A stretch of DNA of 64,000 nucleotides from an uncultured Holophagales bacterium. GTDB lineage: Bacteria; Acidobacteriota; Thermoanaerobaculia; Multivoradales; UBA5704. Shown here in pieces: positions 8,439-17,507 of the stretch (position 1 is its first letter; the number at the start of each line of letters is the position of its first letter). The notes beneath the pieces are model-generated. The model was not told where the DNA came from. It ran no database searches and was given only the letters and a program-made list of their open reading frames with translations. Both the position numbers and the translations under genes were made by a program. The stretch lies in NCBI GenBank assembly GCA_963842525.1, contig CAWJGT010000003.1, positions 192,001 through 256,000 of the forward strand. Reading direction: 5' to 3'.

Positions 8439-11264
8439 GTGGCCGCGGAGCCCAGGAAGACGCCGGACGCCGAGCCCCCGGCGCTCTCGCCCGCGGCGGT
8501 GCTCGGTGTGATCGAGGCGGTGGTGCGCGGGCTCCATCCGCAGCGGCGGGACCTGCGCCTGTCCCTGGACGCGTCCCTGGAACGGGATCTCGGGCTCGAC
8601 AGCCTGGGACGCGTCGAGCTGGTGCAGCGCCTGGAGCGGGCTTTCGGCGTGACGCTCCCCGCAGGGATTCTCGGCTCTGCGGAGACCCCGCGCGACCTCC
8701 TCCAGGCCCTGGCGGCCGGCGGCGCATCCGGCTTCGGCTTCCGGGAGGACCTGCTGGAGCTCGGAGCCGGCGAGCCGGCGCCGGAGCGCACGCGGACGCT
8801 TCTCGAGGTGCTGGACTGGCACGTCCAGCGGCACCCGCAGCGCCGGCACGTCCTCTTCTATCCCGGCGAGGGCGAGCCGGAGGAGCTGACCTACGGCGAC
8901 CTCGACCGGCGGGCCCGCGCCGTGGCCGCCGGTCTGCGGGCGCTCGGCGTTCAGCCGCGGCAGACGGTCGGGCTGATGCTCCCCACGGGCCTCGACTACT
9001 TCGCGGCCTTCCTGGGCACGCAGCTCGCGGGCGGCATCCCGGTCCCTCTCTATCCGCCGGCCCGCCGCAGCCAGATCGAGGACCATCTCCGCCGCCAGGC
9101 CGGCATCCTCGCCACCGCGGAGTCCTGCCTCCTCGTCACCTTCGACGAGGTCCTCCCGCTCGCCCGCCTGTTGCGCGCCCAGCTCCCCGAGCTGCGCCGG
9201 GTGATCACGGTCGAGGAGCTGTCGTCCCTCTCCAGCCGGGACGGGAAAGCTCAGGTCGCCGAGGTGGCGGAGGAGGACCTCGCCTTCCTCCAGTTCACCT
9301 CCGGGAGCACGGGCAGCCCGAAGGGAGTGATGCTGACCCACGCCAACCTGCTGGCGAACCTGCGGGCCATCGCCAAGGGGGCGGACCTGCGGGGGGACGA
9401 CGTGGTGGTGAGCTGGCTGCCGCTCTACCACGACATGGGGCTCATCGGCTCGTGGATGGCGCCGCTCTACTTCGGCATGCCCCTGATCCTGATGTCGCCG
9501 CTGACCTTCCTCGCCCGGCCGGCGCGCTGGCTCCAGGCCATCCACCATCACCGGGCGACCCTGTCGCCGGCCCCCAACTTCGCCTATGAGCTGTGCGCGA
9601 GGAAGGTCGAGGACGCCGAGATCGAGGGTCTCGATCTTTCCTCGTGGCGCTTCGCCCTGAACGGCGCGGAGCCGGTGAGCCCGGAGGCGATGCGGCGCTT
9701 TTCCGAGCGCTTCGCCCCCTATGGGTTCGATCCGCGGGTCATGGCGCCGGTCTACGGCCTGGCGGAATGCTCGCTGGCGCTGGCCTTCCCGCCGCTGGGG
9801 CGCGGGCCGCTGGTGGACGCGGTGGACCGCGAGACGTTCCAGCGCTCCGGCCGGGCCGTGCCGACGGACAATCCGCAGGGCCTGCGGTTCGTCTCGTGCG
9901 GCCTGCCTCTCTCCGGCCACGAGGTGCGCATCGTCGACGAATCCGGCCGCGAGGTGGAGGAGCGGCAGGAGGGGCGGCTCGAATTCTGTGGCCCGTCGGT
10001 CACCAGCGGCTATTACCGCAATCCCGAGGCGACCCGGAAGCTGATCCGCGGCGAGTGGATCGACTCGGGCGACCGCGCCTATGTGGCCGCGGGGGAGATC
10101 TACATCACCGGCCGCGTCAAGGACATCGTCATCCGCGCCGGCCGCAACCTCTATCCCCAGGAGCTGGAGGAGGCGGTCGGCGAGATCCCCGGGGTGCGCA
10201 AGGGGTGTGTGGCCGTCTTCGGCACATCCGACCCGGCCACGGGGACCGAGCGGCTGGTCATCCTCGCCGAGACCCGCGAGCGCGACGCGGCCGCGCTGGA
10301 GAAGCTGCGCGAGGCGATCCAGGACCGCGCGGTCGACCTCCTGGGCGGGCCGGCCGACGAAATCGTCCTGGCGCCGCCGCATGCCGTGCCCAAGACCTCG
10401 AGCGGCAAGATCCGCCGGGCCGCGAGCCGCGACCTGTACGAGCAGGGGCGGATCGGCCGGCGCGGCAGCTCGGTCGGCTGGCAGCTCGCCAGGCTCGCCG
10501 GCACGGCGGCGAGGGCGCAGGCCGGCCGCTGGCTGCGCTCCGCGGGGGACCTTCTCTACGCCGGCTGGTTCTGGACCGTCTTCGTCCTGGCGGCCCTGCC
10601 GGTCTGGACCGCCCTGGCGCTGACGCCCGGGACGGCGCGCCGGCGGCGGCTGGCCCGTTGGGTCGCCCGCGTCCTCGCGTTCCTCACCGGGACCCGGCTG
10701 CGGACCGAGGGGCTCAGTAACCTCTCCAATGGGCTCTCCGGTGGGCCGCGGATCGTGGCCTCGAACCACCAGAGCTATCTCGATGCCTTCGTCCTGACCG
10801 CCGTCCTGCCGCCCGACTTCGGCTATGTGGTCAAGCGCGAGCTGGAAGGGAATGTCGTCGCGCGGGTCCTGCTGCGCGGGTTGGGCGCGGTCTTCGTCGA
10901 GCGATTCGATCCCGCGGTCGGAATGGAGGAGACCCGCAAGGCGGTGGATGCGGTGCGCGGCGGGGATTCACTGGTGATCTTCCCCGAGGGGACCTTCCAT
11001 CGCGCCCCAGGGCTCCTGCCGTTCCGCCTCGGCGCCTTCGTGATGGCGGCCGAGGCGGGCGTGCCGGTCGTCCCGGTGACGATCCGCGGCACCCGTTCCA
11101 AGATGCGCAGCGGCTCCTGGTTCCCCCGGCGGGGCGTGGTGACGGTCACAGTCGCGCCGCCGGTCCAGCCCACGGGGACCGGCTGGGACGCCGCCCGCAA
11201 GCTGCGCGACGCCGTCCGGGCCGAGATCCTCACCCGCTGCGGCGAGCCGGACGCGGGCGGTTGA
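8439..11264 (+). CDS. ACP + fatty acyl-AMP ligase + PlsC-type acyltransferase fusion
   Basis: LGLDSL (phosphopantetheine site); FLQFTSGSTGSPKG, SWLPLYHDMGLIG and KTSSGK (FAAL); NHQSYLD and FPEGT (acyltransferase). Confidence 0.92.
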   Translation: MAAEPRKTPDAEPPALSPAAVLGVIEAVVRGLHPQRRDLRLSLDASLERDLGLDSLGRVELVQRLERAFGVTLPAGILGSAETPRDLLQALAAGGASGFGFREDLLELGAGEPAPERTRTLLEVLDWHVQRHPQRRHVLFYPGEGEPEELTYGDLDRRARAVAAGLRALGVQPRQTVGLMLPTGLDYFAAFLGTQLAGGIPVPLYPPARRSQIEDHLRRQAGILATAESCLLVTFDEVLPLARLLRAQLPELRRVITVEELSSLSSRDGKAQVAEVAEEDLAFLQFTSGSTGSPKGVMLTHANLLANLRAIAKGADLRGDDVVVSWLPLYHDMGLIGSWMAPLYFGMPLILMSPLTFLARPARWLQAIHHHRATLSPAPNFAYELCARKVEDAEIEGLDLSSWRFALNGAEPVSPEAMRRFSERFAPYGFDPRVMAPVYGLAECSLALAFPPLGRGPLVDAVDRETFQRSGRAVPTDNPQGLRFVSCGLPLSGHEVRIVDESGREVEERQEGRLEFCGPSVTSGYYRNPEATRKLIRGEWIDSGDRAYVAAGEIYITGRVKDIVIRAGRNLYPQELEEAVGEIPGVRKGCVAVFGTSDPATGTERLVILAETRERDAAALEKLREAIQDRAVDLLGGPADEIVLAPPHAVPKTSSGKIRRAASRDLYEQGRIGRRGSSVGWQLARLAGTAARAQAGRWLRSAGDLLYAGWFWTVFVLAALPVWTALALTPGTARRRRLARWVARVLAFLTGTRLRTEGLSNLSNGLSGGPRIVASNHQSYLDAFVLTAVLPPDFGYVVKRELEGNVVARVLLRGLGAVFVERFDPAVGMEETRKAVDAVRGGDSLVIFPEGTFHRAPGLLPFRLGAFVMAAEAGVPVVPVTIRGTRSKMRSGSWFPRRGVVTVTVAPPVQPTGTGWDAARKLRDAVRAEILTRCGEPDAGG

Positions 11265-11298
11265 GAGGTGTCTCGAAAGTCTCCGCGAGGTCGCAGCC

Positions 11299-11450
11299 GA
11301 GGGCCCTCACCCCCGGCCCCTCTCCCATCCGCACTCACACCCGCCCGGGAGAGGGGAGCCCCCCACCCAGGAGCCTCCTGATCATGCATTTCTCCCCTCT
11401 CCCGGGGGAAGGGAGTGCGGATGGGATAGGGGCCGGGGGTGAGGGCCCTC
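11299..11450. repeat. Dispersed palindromic repeat (CCCTCACCCCCGGCCCCTCTCCC...GGGAGAGGGG family), intergenic full copy
   Basis: Long imperfect inverted repeat. Related copies lie at about 17369, 18777, 24704, 27051, 28183 and 33616. Confidence 0.85.
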
Positions 11451-11660
11451 GGCGACGCCCCCAGCAGAGTTTTCCAAACACCCTCTGAGAGGCGGGCTCA
11501 GCCGAGCCCGGACGGTGCGAAGATCAGCAAGAAGGTGAACAAGCGGGATGATGCGTGCGGTGTTTCGCGTCATGGCAGCACCTCCGACACTTCCATTGTG
11601 CGCTCCGGGCGCCGCGACTGCAACGCGCACCCGGTCTAAAATGCTCCGAGAGAACTCGCC

Positions 11661-13076
11661 GTGAGCGGACCCGATCCCATTCTCCAGCCTCCGGACGCCG
11701 CAGAGCGGCTCTCGTCCGTGGACTACGCCTGGCTGCGGATGGACGAGCCGGCCAACCTGATGATCATCAACGGGGTGCTGGTCCTGGACGAGCCGGTGGA
11801 TTTCGGCCGGTTGCGCTCGGTCGTCGAGCGGCGGCTGGCAGTGCTGCCGCGGTTCCACCAGCGTGTGGTCCTGCGCAAGCGGAAGCCCTACTGGGAGCCG
11901 GATTCCAATTTCGACCTCGACGCCCACCTCCAGCGCCAGCCGCTGCCGGAGCCCGGCGACGAGGCGGCCCTGCGCCAGGTCCTCAACGGCCTGATGAGCT
12001 CGCCGCTCGATCCGGAGCGGCCGCTGTGGAGCCTGCACCTCCTCGAGGGGTACAACGGCGGCTCCGTCCTCTTCGGCAAGATCCATCATTGCATCGGCGA
12101 CGGCGTTGCGCTGCTGATGGTCGTCCTCTCGCTGACCGATCTGGCGCCGGGGCCGTCGGCGGCGCCCAATCCGGTCACCGGGCTGCTGCGGGGGAGCGAA
12201 GAGGAGGTCCATGCCGCCCGCGAGCTCGTCGAGCAGATCATGCCCGATGCCGTGCGCCTCATGGCGATGCCGGTCGAGGCGCTGCGCCGGACCGCCACCT
12301 GGGTCAAGGGGCTGGGATCGGTGGCGGCCTTCGGCCGGCTCGCCCTCCGCCTGCCGGACCCCAGGACGATCTTCAAAGGTCCGCTCGGGGTCGAGAAGCG
12401 GGTCGCCTGGTCGGACGCGGTGCCGGTGGAGGAGGTGAAGGCCATCGGACGGGTGTTGGGCGGGACGGTCAACGACGTGCTCCTCACCGTGGTGGCCGGC
12501 GGCATGCGGCGCTACCTGGAGCGGCGCGGGCAACCGGTGAACGGCCGGCTGAGCTTCCGCGCGGCCATGCCGGTCAACCTGCGCCCGCTGGAGAAGATGG
12601 CACGGCTCGGCAACGAGTTCGGGCTCATCTTCCTCTCCCTGCCGGCCGGCATCGTCGATCCGGCGGCGCGGCTGACCGAGCTGCGGCGGCGCGCCGCGGC
12701 GCTCAAGCGCTCGCTCGAGCCCCTCGTCGTCTACCGGGTGCTCCAGCTCCTGGGGATGACCCCGCTGGTGGTGCAGAAGATCGTGGTGCGCATCTTCGGG
12801 ACGAAAGCCACGGCGGTGATGACCAACGTGCCCGGCCCGCGCGAGACCCTGTACCTGGCGGGCAAGCCGATCCGGGAGATCTTCTTCTGGGTGCCGCAGT
12901 CGGGCCGGCTGGGGCTCGGCTTCAGCATCTGCAGCTATGCCGGGCATGTCCGGGTCGGCGTCGGCACGGACGCCTGCCTGGTCCCCGATCCCGAGGCGAT
13001 CGTCGAGGGTCTCCATGAAGAGCTCGCGGCGATGCGGGAGCTGGCCGGCCTCCCCGCCGCGCCCTCGCCTGCGTAA
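11661..13076 (+). CDS. Wax ester synthase/diacylglycerol acyltransferase (WS/DGAT)
   Basis: Catalytic HHCIGDG (HHxxxDG), GTVNDVLL, MPVNLR and TNVPGP. Confidence 0.93.
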   Translation: MSGPDPILQPPDAAERLSSVDYAWLRMDEPANLMIINGVLVLDEPVDFGRLRSVVERRLAVLPRFHQRVVLRKRKPYWEPDSNFDLDAHLQRQPLPEPGDEAALRQVLNGLMSSPLDPERPLWSLHLLEGYNGGSVLFGKIHHCIGDGVALLMVVLSLTDLAPGPSAAPNPVTGLLRGSEEEVHAARELVEQIMPDAVRLMAMPVEALRRTATWVKGLGSVAAFGRLALRLPDPRTIFKGPLGVEKRVAWSDAVPVEEVKAIGRVLGGTVNDVLLTVVAGGMRRYLERRGQPVNGRLSFRAAMPVNLRPLEKMARLGNEFGLIFLSLPAGIVDPAARLTELRRRAAALKRSLEPLVVYRVLQLLGMTPLVVQKIVVRIFGTKATAVMTNVPGPRETLYLAGKPIREIFFWVPQSGRLGLGFSICSYAGHVRVGVGTDACLVPDPEAIVEGLHEELAAMRELAGLPAAPSPA

Positions 13077-13126
13077 TGCCCTTTTTCCGCTATGCTTGTG
13101 CCATTACGACGAGGAGACTTCAGCCG

Positions 13127-13678
13127 ATGAGGCTAGAGACCCGGTTCTTTCCACTCGTGATGGCGCTGCTCGCCATACCTGCCAGCTCTCCGGCCCAGGC
13201 ACCCGAAACCAGCCCGGTCCCTGCGGGCGCCCTCAACACCTGGACCTTCAGCACCGACGCCTCCAACAACCTGGTGATCCAGGACCTCTCCTCGTTCAGC
13301 TCGTCGCAGGGCACGGCCGTCGGCCAGTCGATCTGCCTGCAGTTCGTCATGCCCTGCCCGACCGACGCGGTGCGGACGCGACGCCGCTATTCGTTGCGCA
13401 ATCAGCGGGAAAAGGGGGCGGAGTGGAGGATGGAGCTGGGCGAGGCCAGCTTCCAGAACGGCGCCATGACGCTGCCTGTCCAGGTGGGTGTCATCGAACA
13501 GGGAGTCGTGCAGATCCTCAGCTCGCCGGGTCCCTGGACCGCGGACCTGCGGCGGATCCCCGCGGCGGAGCTGCGGGCCGGAGAAGGTAAGAAGTGGAAC
13601 GTGACGCTCAGCCTGGCCGAGGACTCCTCGGGCCAGGGGTGCTGGATCGAGGTCCAGTGCCCGGCCGGCGGAGGCTAG
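13127..13678 (+). CDS. Hypothetical secreted protein
   Basis: Signal-peptide-like N-terminus (MRLETRFFPLVMALLAIPASSPA), four Cys, and coding-like GC3. Confidence 0.6.
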   Translation: MRLETRFFPLVMALLAIPASSPAQAPETSPVPAGALNTWTFSTDASNNLVIQDLSSFSSSQGTAVGQSICLQFVMPCPTDAVRTRRRYSLRNQREKGAEWRMELGEASFQNGAMTLPVQVGVIEQGVVQILSSPGPWTADLRRIPAAELRAGEGKKWNVTLSLAEDSSGQGCWIEVQCPAGGG

Positions 13679-13727
13679 CCGGCCCGGCCCGATCGCGTGG
13701 GGGCGGAGAGGAGTAGAATCGTTTCGT

Positions 13728-14429
13728 ATGACCTCGGCGGTTCCTACCGGCGGGACGCGGCGGGTGGCCGGGTTGGCGGTGTTGGTCTTCGCCGCTGCGG
13801 CAGCCCTCTCGTTGAAGGCGGGGTTTGACCTGGTCCTGCGGCGGGGGAGCTTCCCCGCCTGGTTCGTGCCGGCGTTCGTGGCCGGCCTGGGGGTCCTGCT
13901 CGTCTGGGCCGGCGCGGTCACGGCCCGGATCTGGAAAACCCGCAGCACCGCATTGCCGGCGGGCGGCGGTCTCGCCCGCGCGGTCTGGCTGCTCGTCCCC
14001 CTCTCCTTCGTCTGTACCTCGACGGTCCACCAGCTCTATCCGTTCCGTCCCTCGCTGGCGGCGGCCTGGCCGGAGGCCGGCCCGGTGCTCCGCTTCAACC
14101 TTGTGCTGACAGGCCTGGGCTTCGCCGCCGCGGCGGTCCTGTCGGTCCTCTACCTCGCCGGCCGCCGCCGCACGGCCCTGCTGGGCCTCCTGGCGCTCGG
14201 CCTCGTGCTGCTGGTGCCCAACGACGACTGCGCGAACCCCTTCAACGCCTGGTGGCTGGCGACCGTCGGCGCCTCGCCGCTGATGTTCGTGCCGAACCTC
14301 TACGCCGGACTCTTCGCCGCCGGCGCCCTGCTCGGGGTCTGGCCGCGATGGAACGCACTGGCCGTGGCGGGGGCGTGCGCCGGCGTCGCGCTCCTCGGCC
14401 TCGGGCACATGACCCGGGTGATCTGGTAG
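13728..14429 (+). CDS. Hypothetical multi-pass membrane protein
   Basis: Roughly seven hydrophobic segments and an ATG start with an upstream GAGGAG. Confidence 0.7.
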   Translation: MTSAVPTGGTRRVAGLAVLVFAAAAALSLKAGFDLVLRRGSFPAWFVPAFVAGLGVLLVWAGAVTARIWKTRSTALPAGGGLARAVWLLVPLSFVCTSTVHQLYPFRPSLAAAWPEAGPVLRFNLVLTGLGFAAAAVLSVLYLAGRRRTALLGLLALGLVLLVPNDDCANPFNAWWLATVGASPLMFVPNLYAGLFAAGALLGVWPRWNALAVAGACAGVALLGLGHMTRVIW

Positions 14430-14575
14430 GCGATGGCGGGTATAATGAAGGCATTGGCACGTATGCCTTACAGTCTCTCGCCTCGAAGCCTGGGGCAAAG
14501 TCAGGAGCACCGGGAGCCGCGACCGGAAGGTCGGCCCCGGCGCAGTGCTTTGGTCTACCTTCAAGGAGAAACGTC

Positions 14576-14911
14576 ATGGAGCTTCCGCTCACCATCACAG
14601 CGCACGAAGTGGATCTTCCCGAGTCGGTCGAAGCCGTCATCCGTGAGAAGGCTTCGAAGCTGGAGAAGTTCAACGGCCGGGTCATCGGGTGTCACGTCAC
14701 CGTGGAAGGCCCCGGCCGCCATCATCGCAACGGCGGTCCCTACAACGTGCGCATCGATCTGACCGTCCCGGGCAGCGAGATCCTGGTCAACCACAAGGCT
14801 GCGCCGGAGCTGACCGCCGCGGTCCGCGAGGCCTTCGATGCCGCGCGCCGCCGGCTCGACGAGCACCGCGACCTCATGCTGGCGCGGAGGAAAGAGGCGA
14901 AGCCGGAGTAG
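14576..14911 (+). CDS. HPF/RaiA-family ribosome-associated protein
   Basis: MELPLTITAHEV...IREKASKLEKF...CHVTVE...YNVRIDLTVPG...AVREAFDAARRRL, with an AAGGAG RBS. Confidence 0.85.
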   Translation: MELPLTITAHEVDLPESVEAVIREKASKLEKFNGRVIGCHVTVEGPGRHHRNGGPYNVRIDLTVPGSEILVNHKAAPELTAAVREAFDAARRRLDEHRDLMLARRKEAKPE

Positions 14912-14940
14912 GGCTGCCGCGCGCCGGCCGCGAGGTCCGA

Positions 14941-14967
14941 GGCCCCGGGGGAACCCGGGGCCTTTTC
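14941..14967 (+). terminator. Intrinsic terminator
   Basis: The hairpin ggccccggg-ggaa-cccggggcc followed by tttt. Confidence 0.7.
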
Positions 14968-15000
14968 ATTGGATGAGCGCTTGACCGCCTCTGGAGATCC

Positions 15001-17083
15001 ATGCAACTCTTCGCGGACCCAGAACCGACCCGTCGTCGCGTCTGAAACCGAAGTCGGCCTGCGAGCAAGGAGCTGTCCAGGCGTCGGCTTTTCTGTTGCA
15101 CCGCCTGCGCCTGACGGAGGGGATCAGAGATGGCCTTGATCGAGATAGGCGGGGGTCTTTCCCGCGGATTGGACCCTGCGCGAGGAGGTCCTGCCGGCCC
15201 GGTCGGAGGCCGGGAACCGGAACGGCGCCTCCGAGGTCTTCTGCGATGCCGTCGTCCTCGTGGCCACGGCGCTCCACCTCGATTCCGCGGGGACAGGGCC
15301 TTTCCTCCAGTGGCTGCGCCGGTTCGACCTGCCGACCTTCCTGGTGCTGACCCGCTTCCATCAGATGCGGCGCACCGAAGACGTGATCCACCGCAAGACG
15401 GCGGAGGCCGCGCGGCGCCTCGACGTCCTCCGCCTCCGGGTCTTCGCCTGCTCCGCGGAGCCCGGCCCGGGCCTCGTCACAGTGCCGGAGGCGGCGCGCG
15501 AGATCCGCTCTGCGGTCGAAGCCGGTTTCCCGGAGGTGCGTCCGCGGCACGTCGTTGCGCTCAGCCGTGCCTGGCTCGACCGCTCCCGCGCCGAGGTCCG
15601 AATCCTGCGCGACGGCCTGCAGGAGCGGCGCAGCCACCTCCGGGCCGAGTCGAGGGTGGCCCGCAGCACCATACGCGGGCTCCTGGTGCTCGCCGGGACC
15701 GTGGGGGAGTCGCTGCGCCGCTGGAGCGCCGGCTTCGTCGAGAGCGTCGGAAGCCTGACCTGGGGCGCGATCCGGCCCCAGGTGGAGCTGGACACCGCGG
15801 CTCGTGACGAAGACTGGGCGGCTGCTCTGCAACGAGCCCTGTCCGCGGCCCTCGTCGAGCGCTGGCGCGCGCGATCGGCATCCACCCCCTGGTGCTCCTG
15901 GGCGACGGCTACTTCAAGATCCCCGAAGGAGAGCTCTTCCACTATACGCAGCCGCTGGCCCTGTTGCGGGAGCACTCTGGCCGGAGCCCTGTCGTGGCCT
16001 TCCGCTGCCCGCGCGACATGGCGCCGCTCTCCGGGCGGGCCAGGCAGTACTTCCAGGCGCTCGGCGCTCTTGCCGTCCTCGCCCGTGCGCGCGGCTTGGC
16101 TGAAGGTTTCCGGCATCTGGAGGCGGATCTCGCCCAGGCGTGCGAGGGCGCACAGGCGGCCGGCTCGGCCGGAGGGATGCGCAAAGCGTTCCTGATGCTC
16201 CTGTACGGCCGGCTGGCGGCGATCCGCGAAGCTCTCGCCACCTGCATGAGCCCGGACCCGGGCGCGGGGGCGGCGCGCCTCCGTGCTCTCCGTGATCTTC
16301 ACCGCCCGGCTGAGCCCGCGCCACCAGTTGCCGCGCGAATTTGCGCTCGACAAGGCGGGTTGGGAGCTGTTCCAGGGCGGCGAGGGCCGGCCGCCGCTCG
16401 CCGAGGACCCGATCTGCTACCTCTTCCTCGACAAGGCGCGCATTCATCTGCAGCACGACTTCCTGCGGCTCGCCTCCCTCGTCGATACGCCGGGGCTCGG
16501 CTCGGTCACCGACCGCCACGACGAGATCACGGAGACGTACCTGCGCGGCCGGAGCGGCCTGATCGTCAAGATGGATCACCAGTGGGAGCGCAGGGAGATG
16601 TGGCGCCTCGTCCACCTCATCCGGGCGCTGCCGGAGGAGCGGACGCGTGGCCTGCGCTCGGACCTGAGCCGGCTTGGTGGCGAGCTGCGGGAAGAGATCC
16701 AGGACAAGCACGGCAAGCTGGAGCGGCGGCAGGAGGCCGCGGCTGCCGAGCAGAAGAAGCTCCTGGAATCGATCCTGCGGCAGACGGAGGACGCGCGCAA
16801 GCAGCTCCAGGCCCTCCCCGGCGTGATCTCGGCCCAGGAGAAGAAGCTGACCGGCAAGCAGGACTCCCTGCGAGATGGTCTGGGCGCTTTGCAGAAAGAG
16901 CTCCCCGAGCAGTTTCACAACCGCCGCGAGCTCGGCGAGATCCTCAATCGAATGATCACCGAGCAGCGGTCCCTCTTCCAGCAGAGCGCTCGTACCATGC
17001 AGCGGCAGATCCGCATCGCCCAGGTCCTGGGCGGCCTCGCTGCTCTCCTCTCGCTGATCGCCTGGCTGGCGACCCGCACCTGA
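15001..17083 (+). pseudogene. Fragmented dynamin-like GTPase/coiled-coil membrane protein remnant
   Basis: Pieces in several frames, including LVDTPGLGS (G3-like) followed by a coiled coil and a C-terminal TM. There is an early stop after ATG 15001 and no intact P-loop was seen. Confidence 0.4.
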
Positions 17084-17136
17084 CCGAGCATTGACCGCCT
17101 GCTGCGGATCAAGAGACGCCCGACCGGTTTGGCGAT

Positions 17137-17360
17137 GCCTGTCACGCGGACCTGGCTCCCTGCCAGCGGGACCGTGAAACACGGTCCGGTCTTGCGGTCC
17201 GTGTCACTGGGACCACGCTCCCTGTGACACGGACCCTGGGTCCGGTCACGCGGACCGCGATCCCCGCCACAGGAGGCTCCAAGCCGGACGCCGGACCGCA
17301 GGTCGACCGACAGGCCCCAAGGTCCGCGTGACGCATTTCGCGGTCCCAGTCGTGCGGAGC
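17137..17360. repeat. Degenerate ~21-bp tandem repeat
   Basis: Recurrent cctgtcacgcggacc / ccctgtgacacggacc / ccggtcacgcggacc units at about 21-nt spacing. Confidence 0.45.
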
Positions 17361-17368
17361 CCGGCAGA

Positions 17369-17447
17369 GCCTCACCCCCTGGCCCCCTCTCCCGTGCGTC
17401 CACCACCCGCCACACCCCGAACGGGAGAGGGGTCGGGGGAGAGGGCT
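17369..17447. repeat. Dispersed palindromic repeat copy
   Basis: cctcaccccctggccccctctccc...gggagaggggtcgggggagaggg. Confidence 0.7.
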
Positions 17448-17507
17448 CACAGCGGCGGCCTCGCCACCAGCACTTTCCAGACGTCCTCTGAGGATCTTGG
17501 GGGCGGC

